Shown here piece after piece: positions 1 to 9,385 of a stretch of 64,000 nt of DNA (within the stretch, counting starts at the first letter, position 1; every line of letters starts with the position of its first letter). A program made the position numbers and the translations under genes. The notes beneath the pieces are model-generated. The model made no database searches. It was given only the letters and a program-made list of their open reading frames with translations, and had not been told where the DNA came from. Source of the DNA: Candidatus Wolfebacteria bacterium GW2011_GWB1_47_1 (GTDB taxonomy: Bacteria; Patescibacteriota; Minisyncoccia; UBA6257; UBA9933); assembly GCA_001029635.1 (NCBI GenBank), contig CP011209.1:618435-682434 (forward strand), written 5' to 3'.

Positions 1-2
1 TT

Positions 3-968
3 CGGATATTTGAACAGAAGGCGAGGGAAGGTGTCCGTGTTCGTTTGTTGTGCGATGCCGCGGGCAGTTCTAATCTTTATAATTCCGCACGCGTAAAGCG
101 ATTGCTTGCGAGCGGCATCGAAGTGCTCTTTTTTAATCCCATCAAGCCGTGGCGCATTAATAACTATTCGTCATGGTTTTTCCGGGATCATCGAAAGGTA
201 TTGGTCATTGATTCCCATGTGGGATACATTGGTGGTGTCGGCGTGCATCAGCGCATGCATAATTGGCGCGATACACAGGTTCGTATCGAGGGGCCGGTGA
301 TCCATGAACTGGATTACGTGTTTGATCAGATGTGGAATCGCACTAAAGAGGGAAAGTTCTTTCGTTTTAATAAGCCATTTTTTAGTGCAGAGCAGCAGAC
401 TAGCAAGCCACAGGCGCTTACGAAATATTTTTATTTTCTCACTAATTCGCCCCGATTTCATCAGCGATTCATTTACCATAGCCTGATCGATGTGATCAGA
501 AATGCGCACACGTGCGTTTACTTGACTACGCCGTATTTTATTCCTGATCTGCGCCTTGTGCGTGTACTGCGGCTTGCGGCGCGCAGAGGGGTGGATGTTC
601 GCTTGATCGTTCCTAATGCATCAGACCATCCGATCGTCGACATTGCAACGCAATCGTATTTTTGGATTATGCTCAAGGCGGGGGTACGGATCTATCTGTA
701 TCGCGATCATGTGCTACATGCAAAAACTGTCATCATCGACGATGATTGGGCGTCGGTGGGGAGTGCAAATCTGGATAGCTTGAGCCTACTCCTTAACTAT
801 GAGGCGAATCTGGTCGGTACGAACCACACGTTTGTATCGGAATTAAGAGGGCACTTCATGGAAGATCTCAACCGGTCACGGGAAGTGATCTTTTCGGACT
901 GGAAAAAACGTTCCTGGTTTCGTAAGTTGTTTGAGGCAATCACGTGGCCTATTCACAAATTTTTGTAA
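3..968 (+). CDS. cls: cardiolipin synthase / phospholipase-D family protein, C-terminal part (5' end cut by window edge)
   Basis: frame open from nt 3 (RIFEQKAREGVRVRLLCDAAGS...); second HKD motif HAKTVIIDDDWASVGSANLD; track ORF 45..968 starts at an internal TTG. Confidence 0.75.
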   Translation, partial: RIFEQKAREGVRVRLLCDAAGSSNLYNSARVKRLLASGIEVLFFNPIKPWRINNYSSWFFRDHRKVLVIDSHVGYIGGVGVHQRMHNWRDTQVRIEGPVIHELDYVFDQMWNRTKEGKFFRFNKPFFSAEQQTSKPQALTKYFYFLTNSPRFHQRFIYHSLIDVIRNAHTCVYLTTPYFIPDLRLVRVLRLAARRGVDVRLIVPNASDHPIVDIATQSYFWIMLKAGVRIYLYRDHVLHAKTVIIDDDWASVGSANLDSLSLLLNYEANLVGTNHTFVSELRGHFMEDLNRSREVIFSDWKKRSWFRKLFEAITWPIHKFL

Positions 969-970
969 AG

Positions 971-998
971 AAAAAAAGCCCGCGCAAGCGAGCTTTTT
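971..998 (+). terminator. intrinsic terminator hairpin after cls (aaaaagcc-cgcgcaagcg-agcttttt)
   Basis: GC hairpin flanked by A-run and T-run immediately after TAA 966-968. Confidence 0.6.
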
Positions 999-1027
999 GA
1001 TACAGGGAAGAGACTTTATTTCTGGTC

Positions 1028-1097
1028 CCGGTTGAGTTGGGGGAAGCGGCGGTAACGGTATATTGCCGCCTTCTTGGTGCTTCCCGGTATTTTTTTG
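1028..1097 (+). other. compound (nested) hairpin followed by T7 run; second terminator or small structured RNA
   Basis: ccggttgagttgggggaagc[ggcggtaacggtatattgccgcc]ttcttggtgcttcccgg + tattttttt. Confidence 0.4.
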
Positions 1098-1247
1098 CTT
1101 GGGCGCTCTTCCTTGAGTGATGTGATATTAGGGATAAACCCCCAACGACTATGGATCGTTCCTCCCCTTATTTCTATCCTGGTGTCGCGCAATCCGAGCA
1201 TGACTCCTCCTCTGTGAGCGTGGTTTGGTGCTGTTATTATTTAAACA

Positions 1248-1557
1248 CAGCATTTTTTTGTTGTCAAACATAGTTTTAGGGTTGTGAACCTGGATCCCGT
1301 GTCGTGGCACGGGATGACATACGCATTGCCATTCCGACCCACGAGCCTGAATCCAGAGTCCTATAGGGTAACATCACGGGTGCAAAAACTCTGGATCCCG
1401 TGTCGGAGCACGGGATGATAACTATGTTCCGCTACTATGGTGTATGTTTTCGCTCGCATGTCTTTTTCCAAGAACCGGGAAGGGTGAATGTGGTGGCAAA
1501 TAGTATCGCCTGCTATGACGCTAATCTTTTGTCCGAAATATGCGTTGGTTGAGTAAA
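1248..1557 (+). repeat. copy 1 of a ~200-nt conserved noncoding element (second copy at 50814-51017), here with a 101-nt internal insertion flanked by a duplicated 28-nt hairpin module
   Basis: about 95 percent identity to 50814-51017 outside the insertion; perfect 8-bp stem atcccgtg/cacgggat at 1294-1315 and again at 1394-1416. Confidence 0.85.
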
Positions 1558-1635
1558 CACTGTTTTGGAAAATTGCTGTCACATGGCGTATACTGTATGC
1601 ATACATGCGATCAATGTCTGTTTTTATTTTTTGCG

Positions 1636-3168
1636 ATGACAACACTTATTAAAAATATTCTACTAATTGACGGATCCGGCCAGCCTGCCGTCAAGGCCGA
1701 TGTACTTATTAAGAACGAGAAGATCGCCGCCATCGGTTCGTTTCCCCGGTATCAGGCAGATACCATTATCGATGGCATGGGTGCCTACCTTGCCCCCGGA
1801 TTCATTGATAGTAATACGCATTCTGACCGCTATTTGACCATTTTTACCAATCCCGGGCAGGAGCATTTTCTTCGCCAGGGGATAACTACGATTATCGGTG
1901 GTCAAGACGGTATTTCGCTTGCTCCGCTTCTTTACGGCTCCCTTGATCTGCAACGGTTTTGGACAGATCCTTATCGGATTAATATCGATTGGCATACGGT
2001 GCGGGAATTTTTTGCTGTTCTTGCCCGACGTCCTCTCGGGGTCAATTTTGGCACCTTGGTAGGACATTCCACATTGCGCCATTCCATTATCGGTAACGAC
2101 TTTCGCGACCTTACATCGAAGGAGTTAGGTATATTTGAATATATGGTCGAGCGGGCATTGCAAGATGGAGCATTTGGTATTTCATTTGACCTGCAGTCAC
2201 CCGTCTCTTCGCTGACGCCGACTAAGGAAATAAAAACCGCCCTTGAACTTGTGGAAAAATATAAAGGACTCGCGACCTTTAAGATTAGGAGTGGCTCTGA
2301 CACCAATGTTTATACGCATGATATTGGAGACCATATTGTACCGGCGGTCACGGAAATCATCAACCTTTCCAAGGAAACAGGGGCACGGATCCAACTGAAT
2401 AATTTTTCTCCCTTGAAGGGCTTTGAGCATGCATATCAAAAAGCGCTTGATGTAATAGAGGAAAACGCCGCCGTTGCCGACCTTTACTTTGCCATGCATC
2501 CCTTTGAGTATTCGATCATCCCCATTGTTGCCTTTTTGCCTGTTTGGGCACAGCGCGGCGGAATGGATGCGATCGTAAATAATCTGCAATCATTTGAATT
2601 TGGAGCAAAGATTGTTGCCGATCTTGAACATATTCCGGACAATCTTATTATTCATGACGCTCCCGGATTTGATTATCTCGTCGGGAAGAGTCTTAAAGAA
2701 CTTGGAGACGATCGGGGGACTATTATGCCCGAAACATTATTTGCCCTTATGCGTATGACCAAGCTGCGAGCGACACTTGTGTATGATAATCTTTCGCTGC
2801 AGGAGTTCAATCGCGCACTTGCCCGTGATCGTTCTTTGATTGTGTCGTCAGGCGCAAGCTTTGAATCACAGCGCATACAGTCTCGTCACGGCAATTTGTT
2901 CGCCGATGCAATACCTACCTTTTTGCGTATGGTTGCAACCGATAAGGCGTTATCAATCGAAGCAGCCATACGTAAGATTACTAGTATCCCCGCTCAGCGG
3001 TTAGGCATTTCAGCGCGCGGATCCATTCGCGAAGGATACTTTGCTGATCTCGTCCTTTTCCGCGACACAACAATTGAGACGGTTTTTGTGAACGGTTTCA
3101 TCGCGATTCGCGATGGCGTTTCCACGGATAATTTAAAAGGTAGGGTATTGGATCATGCACATGAATAA
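1636..3168 (+). CDS. amidohydrolase-family protein (N-acyl-D-amino-acid deacylase / D-aminoacylase-like)
   Basis: N-terminus LIKNILLIDGSGQPAVKADVLIKNEKIAAIG typical of the D-aminoacylase/metal-dependent amidohydrolase fold; first ATG inside track ORF 1540..3168. Confidence 0.65.
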   Translation: MTTLIKNILLIDGSGQPAVKADVLIKNEKIAAIGSFPRYQADTIIDGMGAYLAPGFIDSNTHSDRYLTIFTNPGQEHFLRQGITTIIGGQDGISLAPLLYGSLDLQRFWTDPYRINIDWHTVREFFAVLARRPLGVNFGTLVGHSTLRHSIIGNDFRDLTSKELGIFEYMVERALQDGAFGISFDLQSPVSSLTPTKEIKTALELVEKYKGLATFKIRSGSDTNVYTHDIGDHIVPAVTEIINLSKETGARIQLNNFSPLKGFEHAYQKALDVIEENAAVADLYFAMHPFEYSIIPIVAFLPVWAQRGGMDAIVNNLQSFEFGAKIVADLEHIPDNLIIHDAPGFDYLVGKSLKELGDDRGTIMPETLFALMRMTKLRATLVYDNLSLQEFNRALARDRSLIVSSGASFESQRIQSRHGNLFADAIPTFLRMVATDKALSIEAAIRKITSIPAQRLGISARGSIREGYFADLVLFRDTTIETVFVNGFIAIRDGVSTDNLKGRVLDHAHE

Positions 3169-4279
3169 ACTATTCAACAATCGAAGGGGTGGGCATGCCC
3201 CGGATCATGTTTTTTTATGGACCCTTGGCATCCTTGTCGTTTTTGGGATCCTTATGCTTTCTAGTGCTTCCTCGGACCTGGGAAAGATTAAGTTTGATGA
3301 CACTTTTTTTTATCTGAAGCATCAGATCTACTATGGTCTTTTGCCGGGGATCGCCGGGTTTTTATTCGCGTCGTTCTTGTACTACAAACGATGGCAAACT
3401 ATGGCGTTATATTTGCTTCTCGTGAGTGTTGGCATGCTTTTGTTGGTATTTACCCCGCTTGGTATGCATTCGGGCGGGGCGACGCGGTGGATTAATATTG
3501 GTCCTGTTTCATTGCAACCTGCAGAATTGCTGAAGCTTACTTTTATCATTTACATGGCCGCATGGCTGAGTGGTAAGCGGACTAAACGACAAACGAGCTT
3601 CACTGAAGGATATTTGCCATTCCTTTCGATCTCAGGGTTTATTGCATTACTTATTGTATTACAACCAGCCACTACGACGGTTGCCGTCATTATGATGGCC
3701 AGTTTAATTGTTTATTTCATGAGCGGCGCAAAATTTAAATATATTGCCATGACGGTTGTGCTTGGGTTCGTTGCGCTTGCGATGTTGGTCGCGATAACCC
3801 CGTATCGCATGGAACGTGTCAAGAATTATTTTCGACAAGACAAGGTTGATGTCCTTGGGAAAGGATATCATTTGGAACAGGCGAAAATCGCCATCGGTTC
3901 GGGCGGCGCCATGGGGGTTGGATTTGGTCAATCTACGACAAAGTACAAATTTCTCCCTGAACCGATAGGGGATTCGATCTTTGCCGTTGTTGCCGAGGAG
4001 CTTGGTTTTGCCGGCTCGATACTCCTTATCTCCCTCTATATCCTGCTATTTACACGGGGGCTTCTTATTGCTAGCCGATGTAAGGATAAGTTTGGACAAC
4101 TTGCGGTGATTGGTATTATTTCCGTCGTTGCGATTCAAACGTTTATCAATATCGGAGCCATTTCTGGCATCTTGCCCTTAACGGGTGTTCCATTGCCATT
4201 TATTAGTTATGGAGGAACTGCGCTCGCTATTTTTCTTACCATGATGGGGGTTGTCGTCAATATATCGAAGCATGCATAA
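3155..4279 (+). CDS. ftsW: FtsW/RodA/SpoVE-family peptidoglycan glycosyltransferase (SEDS)
   Basis: 10-TM SEDS protein; adjacency to murG suggests ftsW rather than rodA. Confidence 0.8.
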   Translation: MHMNKLFNNRRGGHAPDHVFLWTLGILVVFGILMLSSASSDLGKIKFDDTFFYLKHQIYYGLLPGIAGFLFASFLYYKRWQTMALYLLLVSVGMLLLVFTPLGMHSGGATRWINIGPVSLQPAELLKLTFIIYMAAWLSGKRTKRQTSFTEGYLPFLSISGFIALLIVLQPATTTVAVIMMASLIVYFMSGAKFKYIAMTVVLGFVALAMLVAITPYRMERVKNYFRQDKVDVLGKGYHLEQAKIAIGSGGAMGVGFGQSTTKYKFLPEPIGDSIFAVVAEELGFAGSILLISLYILLFTRGLLIASRCKDKFGQLAVIGIISVVAIQTFINIGAISGILPLTGVPLPFISYGGTALAIFLTMMGVVVNISKHA

Positions 4280-4315
4280 TAACCTACTACCTACAACCAA
4301 TAACTAATAACGATA

Positions 4316-4343
4316 GTAAAAAATCCCCGCCGTAGGCGGGGAT
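4316..4343 (-). terminator. intrinsic terminator (atccccgcc-gtag-ggcggggat + T-run on minus strand)
   Basis: hairpin plus tttttt when read on minus strand, just downstream of the 4359..4607 gene. Confidence 0.6.
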
Positions 4344-4358
4344 TAAATCGTTATTTAC

Positions 4359-4607
4359 CTAAACTAGTCGCGTCCCTGATTTTCGCAAGGTGACTGTTAT
4401 CATCACGGCAATCGCCGTAAAAACTAACAGCCATACGATAATCGGGGGGAGAAACCAAGGGACGTTCGGGAATATGATAATGATCAATCCCGTAATGACG
4501 CCAACTACCGATAATCCGATAGGATTCCAGAGAAAGAATGAGGTCATGGCAGCAATAACCGTTCCGATTCCAGCGAGCATCAGCATGCGGAGCTTCCAAG
4601 GTTTCAT
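4359..4607 (-). CDS. small membrane protein (2 predicted TM helices), unknown function
   Basis: 82-aa hydrophobic ORF; the alternative overlapping frame 4351..4599 looks non-coding. Confidence 0.4.
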   Translation of the reverse strand: MKPWKLRMLMLAGIGTVIAAMTSFFLWNPIGLSVVGVITGLIIIIFPNVPWFLPPIIVWLLVFTAIAVMITVTLRKSGTRLV

Positions 4608-4703
4608 TGCGCGCCTCCTATAAAAGTAGGATATAGATCAAAATACTGTAATATATTTACCATATTTTTATAATATTGTCAACATGATGTATACTGAATC
4701 TAT

Positions 4704-5879
4704 ATGAGAATACTTTTTACCGGGGGAGTTACCGGGGGGCACATCATGCCTCTTATATCCGTCGCCGAGAAATTGCCTATTGTGGCACAGTCGAGAGGCA
4801 TTCCATCACTTGAGTTTTTTTACCTTGGCGTGCCGGGAATGTATGCGCAGGAGCTTACTTCTAAGGGGATTACTGTTTCCCGTGTTGCTTCCGTAAAGAT
4901 GCGTCGTGGAGCGATCATCCGTAATATTATCGAACTTCCGCTTTTAATCGTTGCTATTATACAGGCGCTTTGGCGCGTGTATTGGATCATGCCTGACGTC
5001 CTCTTTTCAAAAGGAGGACCGGGGGCATTGCCTGTTGTATTGGCATGTGCCTTCTATCGTATCCCGATCATCATTCATGAATCCGATTCTGTTGCGGGTC
5101 TTACTAACCTTGCTTCTGCCCGTTTTGCCAAACGTATTGCAATTGCCTATGCGACCGCAAAAGAGTCGTTTGTCGGTACTCCTGCTAGCGATGTTGCGCG
5201 GGCTGCCATTGAGCAAAAGATCGCGTTGATCGGCAATCCTATTCGTAATTTTTTCTTAACCTCTTTTGATACGACTGATCGCGCGACTGTAAAACGCATC
5301 ATGGATTTTGATCCTGCAAAGCCCCTCCTGGTTGTTATCGGGGGGTCTCAGGGGGCTGTGCGCATCAACGAATTCCTTCTTTCAATTGCAGAAGATTTAC
5401 TTACGCGCAATATTCAAGTTTTGCATCAAACAGGGGTCAACAATATTGGCTCCGTAAAAGGTGATCTTGCGCTTGTTATGAAAAAGTATTCAAACATGTA
5501 TCAGCATGCGTATCGGGCTGTTCCGTATTTTGAAGAAGATATAAAGGATGCCTATTGTGCTGCCGACATCGTGATCTCTCGGGCGGGGAGTGGGTCGATT
5601 TTTGAGATTGCAGCCATGGGCCGTCCAGCCATCCTTATTCCTTTGCCGCAAGAGATATCGCGCGACCAGGTAAAGAACGCATTCGAATATGCCGCGACTG
5701 GAGCCGCGATCACCATCGAAGAATCTAATCTGACCCGAAATATCTTCCTTGATCAGTTAGATCGGTTGTTGGCTAATCCGACAATGCTTGCCTCGATGGC
5801 AGCCGCGGCAAAGGCATTTTCCCGTCCGGAGGCTGCGGAAGTATTAGCCAAAGAGATTGTTCATTTGGGACGCCGATAA
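4704..5879 (+). CDS. murG: undecaprenyldiphospho-muramoylpentapeptide beta-N-acetylglucosaminyltransferase
   Basis: MRILFTGGVTGGHIMPLISVAEKL N-terminus, GT28 architecture. Confidence 0.85.
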   Translation: MRILFTGGVTGGHIMPLISVAEKLPIVAQSRGIPSLEFFYLGVPGMYAQELTSKGITVSRVASVKMRRGAIIRNIIELPLLIVAIIQALWRVYWIMPDVLFSKGGPGALPVVLACAFYRIPIIIHESDSVAGLTNLASARFAKRIAIAYATAKESFVGTPASDVARAAIEQKIALIGNPIRNFFLTSFDTTDRATVKRIMDFDPAKPLLVVIGGSQGAVRINEFLLSIAEDLLTRNIQVLHQTGVNNIGSVKGDLALVMKKYSNMYQHAYRAVPYFEEDIKDAYCAADIVISRAGSGSIFEIAAMGRPAILIPLPQEISRDQVKNAFEYAATGAAITIEESNLTRNIFLDQLDRLLANPTMLASMAAAAKAFSRPEAAEVLAKEIVHLGRR

Positions 5880-5891
5880 TACGAATTACCT

Positions 5892-7769
5892 ATGCTTCGT
5901 CATTTATTACTACTCGTCTTCTTTATCACCTTAACGTTGCCTGCCTCCGTACGGGCGTTTACCGTGCCATATCAACGGGTTTTTCAGCAACGGGGATCCA
6001 TTATGGCAATTGACGTGTACGGAGAAGCGGACCCGCATTATGTTCAGTGTGATCTTGATCAATGGACCTGTATAGAAACGGGTACGAGCACTCCCAACCT
6101 TTTCCCGGAATTTACTGAAAAGCAATATATTCTTTCGAAGGACCGACAACTCGCGCTTGTTTCAGAGGGGTATGGCGCTACGCAACAGTATGACCTGTAT
6201 ACATTGGAGGCCGGCGATGTGACAAAAAAGACAATTGATTTTATCGGGGAAACAAAGCGGGCTATCTTTAGCGATGATAATACGAAAATATTATTTGTCA
6301 CCTTGTATGGTGAGTTCGTTGTTTTTAACATTCAGACTAATAGTGCCATCAAAAGCATTCCTATCGTGGGTGGAGCTTCCTTTATCCGTTTTTCACCTCA
6401 CGGAAATTATGTCGCATATTTTTCTCCCAGCACACTGAGTGGAAAAGATCGGGTTTATACACTCGTTGATGTTGCACGCGGTCACACCTATACCTGGAAG
6501 GAAAAAAATGATTATTGGGACCTTTTGAGTGAGGAAGAAAAGGCCTTTGATTTTTCTCCCGATGAGCGGCACTTTTTTTATTTGAGCGATCGCGAGGGGA
6601 CGCAGACCCTGTATATGACCCGGCTCTGGCTTCTTGATGGGATCAATGGACGACTTGGTAAGCGAATGTTCAAATCCGACTTCACGGTGAACAATTTTCT
6701 CTTTGGTGCGGATGGACTACTATATTTTACGGCAAACCGCAAAAGTCCATTAATCTGGTCCCTCTACTCGTATGATTTTAGGGATCAATTGGTTAGAGGG
6801 CTTGTTGATGATGTGCTTTATTGGCCCGCACCACAACAGAGTGGTAAATACATTATATTCCTACGCTCGAAAAATGAGCTGCCTTCGTTGTATACATTTG
6901 ATATAACGAAACGTTCCGTTGCTTCGCTTCCATTGACTATCACTGCCTCGCCTTTTCCCCTTGGAGCGGGGAAGATAAAGAATTTTTCCGGACGCTATGG
7001 CGTTTTATACACACCCGATGGCTATGACAAGAAAAAGTCCTATCCTTTGATTGTGTGGTTGCATGGCGGCCCCCATAGACAGACATCCCCATCATTTCAT
7101 TCGTACCATAGTTACGGAACGTACGATGGCATATTGGAACATTTACGTAAAAATGGTTTCCTCGTACTCAAGCTTGATTATCGGGGAAGCTATGGATACG
7201 GGAAAAAATTTGCAACAGACCTAAAGGGTAATGTAGGCAATTTGGACGTCAAAGATGTTGTCGATGCTACCGCGGTACTTAAGAAGGAGATGAAGATCGG
7301 CGAGGTCTACCCTATGGGTACTAGCTATGGCGGTTATCTTGCGTTGCGTGCGTTGGCCGGCAAACCTACGTTGTTCGATGGTGCGATTTCCGTCAATGGC
7401 GTTACGGATTGGTGGACATTAATCAATAATGACCCCGATTCGATATTTCAGGTTCATTTTAACGGGACTCCTTCTGCAAAAAATAAAGTGTTATACGACC
7501 AGGCATCTATTTTCTTGCGGTTAAATAATCTTAAGAACAAGAAGGTCATATTGGTTAATGGCGAAGAGGATGCAACCGTGCCGCATCGTCAAACGACCAT
7601 GCTTTATGATGCCTTAATTGATAAGGGGATGGCTCCGACGATTATCTCCTACGAAAAAGAGGGTCATATTTTGACCAATAGCGCAAATATTGATGATCTG
7701 TGTAATCAGGTGGTTAAGTTGCCTACAGGGTATGAAGGAAAAGTGTGCGTGCAGGCAAGTACGCTTTGA
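5892..7769 (+). CDS. S9-family serine peptidase (prolyl oligopeptidase / dipeptidyl-aminopeptidase-like) with N-terminal beta-propeller and signal peptide
   Basis: signal peptide; C-terminal alpha/beta-hydrolase GTSYGGYLALRA (GxSxG) and HGGP motifs. Confidence 0.7.
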   Translation: MLRHLLLLVFFITLTLPASVRAFTVPYQRVFQQRGSIMAIDVYGEADPHYVQCDLDQWTCIETGTSTPNLFPEFTEKQYILSKDRQLALVSEGYGATQQYDLYTLEAGDVTKKTIDFIGETKRAIFSDDNTKILFVTLYGEFVVFNIQTNSAIKSIPIVGGASFIRFSPHGNYVAYFSPSTLSGKDRVYTLVDVARGHTYTWKEKNDYWDLLSEEEKAFDFSPDERHFFYLSDREGTQTLYMTRLWLLDGINGRLGKRMFKSDFTVNNFLFGADGLLYFTANRKSPLIWSLYSYDFRDQLVRGLVDDVLYWPAPQQSGKYIIFLRSKNELPSLYTFDITKRSVASLPLTITASPFPLGAGKIKNFSGRYGVLYTPDGYDKKKSYPLIVWLHGGPHRQTSPSFHSYHSYGTYDGILEHLRKNGFLVLKLDYRGSYGYGKKFATDLKGNVGNLDVKDVVDATAVLKKEMKIGEVYPMGTSYGGYLALRALAGKPTLFDGAISVNGVTDWWTLINNDPDSIFQVHFNGTPSAKNKVLYDQASIFLRLNNLKNKKVILVNGEEDATVPHRQTTMLYDALIDKGMAPTIISYEKEGHILTNSANIDDLCNQVVKLPTGYEGKVCVQASTL

Positions 7770-7790
7770 TGCGATTTTTCGCATAATAAA

Positions 7791-7820
7791 AGACCGTCTA
7801 ATGTTTAGTCGGTCTTTTAT
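7791..7820 (+). terminator. intrinsic terminator after S9 peptidase gene
   Basis: agaccgtctaa-tgt-ttagtcggtct hairpin followed by tttat. Confidence 0.55.
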
Positions 7821-7893
7821 TATGCGGCGTTTTGTTGTATACTAAATACCTAAACGAAGTCGAGATTTTTACGAATTTAGAAGTATTGTAGCA

Positions 7894-9354
7894 ATGGAAC
7901 CACAGATTGATATACAGACCGGCCAGGAAATTCGCGTGCGTATTGCTCCGTCACCCACGGGTCTTCTCCATTTTGGAACGGCCCGGACAGCTCTATTTAA
8001 CTGGCTTTTTGCACGGCACATGGGGGGGAAGTTCATCCTGCGTATTGAAGATACTGACATAGAGCGATCAACGAAGGAATTCGAGGAAGATATTGTTACC
8101 GGACTGCGGTGGCTTGGTTTTGATTGGGATGAGGGTCCTGATAAGGGTGGCCCCTTTGGTCCATATCGACAATCTGAACGGCTTGATATCTACGCCCACT
8201 ATTTACAACAGCTTCTTGATGAAGACAAGGCATATCATTGTTTTTGTACGAAGGAACAACTTGATGTCGATCGACAGGCGATGCAAACTCAGGGCACTAC
8301 GCCTATTTATGTCGGCCGTTGCAGTGCGCTAACCAAAGAAGAACAGGTTCAGCGTATCACTGCCGGCGAAGCATCCGTTATTCGATTGCGTGTTTCGGAA
8401 GGAGTAATCGAGTTCCATGATATTATTCGTGATGTCGTTACTGTACAGTCCGCATTGATCGGCGATATTATTATCGCTCGCAGTCTCGATCTTCCGCTCT
8501 ATAACTTTGCGGTTGTGGTTGATGACTATGAGATGAAGATCTCCCATGTCATCCGCGGCGAGGATCATATTTCCAATACGCCAAAGCAGATCGTCGTGCA
8601 ACGCGCACTTGGTTTCGCCACTCCGGAATATGCACACCTGCCATTGATCCTTGCCCCCGATCGCAGCAAGCTTTCAAAGCGATACATTGAAACGTCATTG
8701 AATGATTTTAAAGCGCAGGGATACCTTCCTGAGTCGTTAGTCAATTTTATGGCGTTCATCGGATGGCATCCTACTGATGATAAGGACGTTATGGCGCGCG
8801 AAGAGCTGATTGCAGAGTTTGATCTCGAACGTGTGCAGAAAGGTGGAGGGGTGTTCAATCTTGAAAAATTGGAATGGTTGAATGCGCAATACATTAAGCG
8901 GCTACCGGTCGGAATCCTTGTCGATGAATTGATGCCATTCATTCCGCAGGAATGGAATACGCAGCGTGCGCTTTTGGAGCGCGTTGCAATAGTAGAGCAA
9001 GACCGCTTGAAGCGACTGACTGATTTTGTCGAATCTGCTGCATTCTTTTTTGCATTGCCTGATTACGAGGCCGATCTATTAGCATGGAAAGGTGCCGATG
9101 TCTCAATGACTAAGGGTCATTTGCGGGCCGTTTTGGATATCTTACGAAACGCTCCCGAGAGTCAATTTACCAAGGATGCCCTTGAGACGCTTCTTATGCC
9201 TCTGGCTGAAGAAAAGGGCAGGGGAGATATACTGTGGCCCTTGAGGGCTTGTTTGAGCGGAAAAAAGGCATCCCCAGGACCATTCGAGATCATGCCAGCA
9301 CTTGGAAAGTCCGAAGTGATCCATCGGATCGAAGTTGCGATAGAGAAATTATAA
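7894..9354 (+). CDS. gltX: glutamyl-tRNA synthetase
   Basis: RIAPSPTGLLHFGTARTALFNWLFARH...FILRIEDTD class-I HIGH region; KLSKR motif. Confidence 0.9.
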   Translation: MEPQIDIQTGQEIRVRIAPSPTGLLHFGTARTALFNWLFARHMGGKFILRIEDTDIERSTKEFEEDIVTGLRWLGFDWDEGPDKGGPFGPYRQSERLDIYAHYLQQLLDEDKAYHCFCTKEQLDVDRQAMQTQGTTPIYVGRCSALTKEEQVQRITAGEASVIRLRVSEGVIEFHDIIRDVVTVQSALIGDIIIARSLDLPLYNFAVVVDDYEMKISHVIRGEDHISNTPKQIVVQRALGFATPEYAHLPLILAPDRSKLSKRYIETSLNDFKAQGYLPESLVNFMAFIGWHPTDDKDVMAREELIAEFDLERVQKGGGVFNLEKLEWLNAQYIKRLPVGILVDELMPFIPQEWNTQRALLERVAIVEQDRLKRLTDFVESAAFFFALPDYEADLLAWKGADVSMTKGHLRAVLDILRNAPESQFTKDALETLLMPLAEEKGRGDILWPLRACLSGKKASPGPFEIMPALGKSEVIHRIEVAIEKL

Positions 9355-9385
9355 TACAACCCGAACTCATCTTTTTGTAAAGTCC

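Noticed and set aside
1016-1201. 61-aa minus-strand ORF downstream of cls
   Set aside because: It overlaps the nested terminator hairpin and has no SD. It is probably spurious.
4351-4599. Alternative 82-aa frame overlapping the small membrane protein gene
   Set aside because: The hydrophobic frame (4359..4607) is the more protein-like. The other is likely an out-of-frame artefact.
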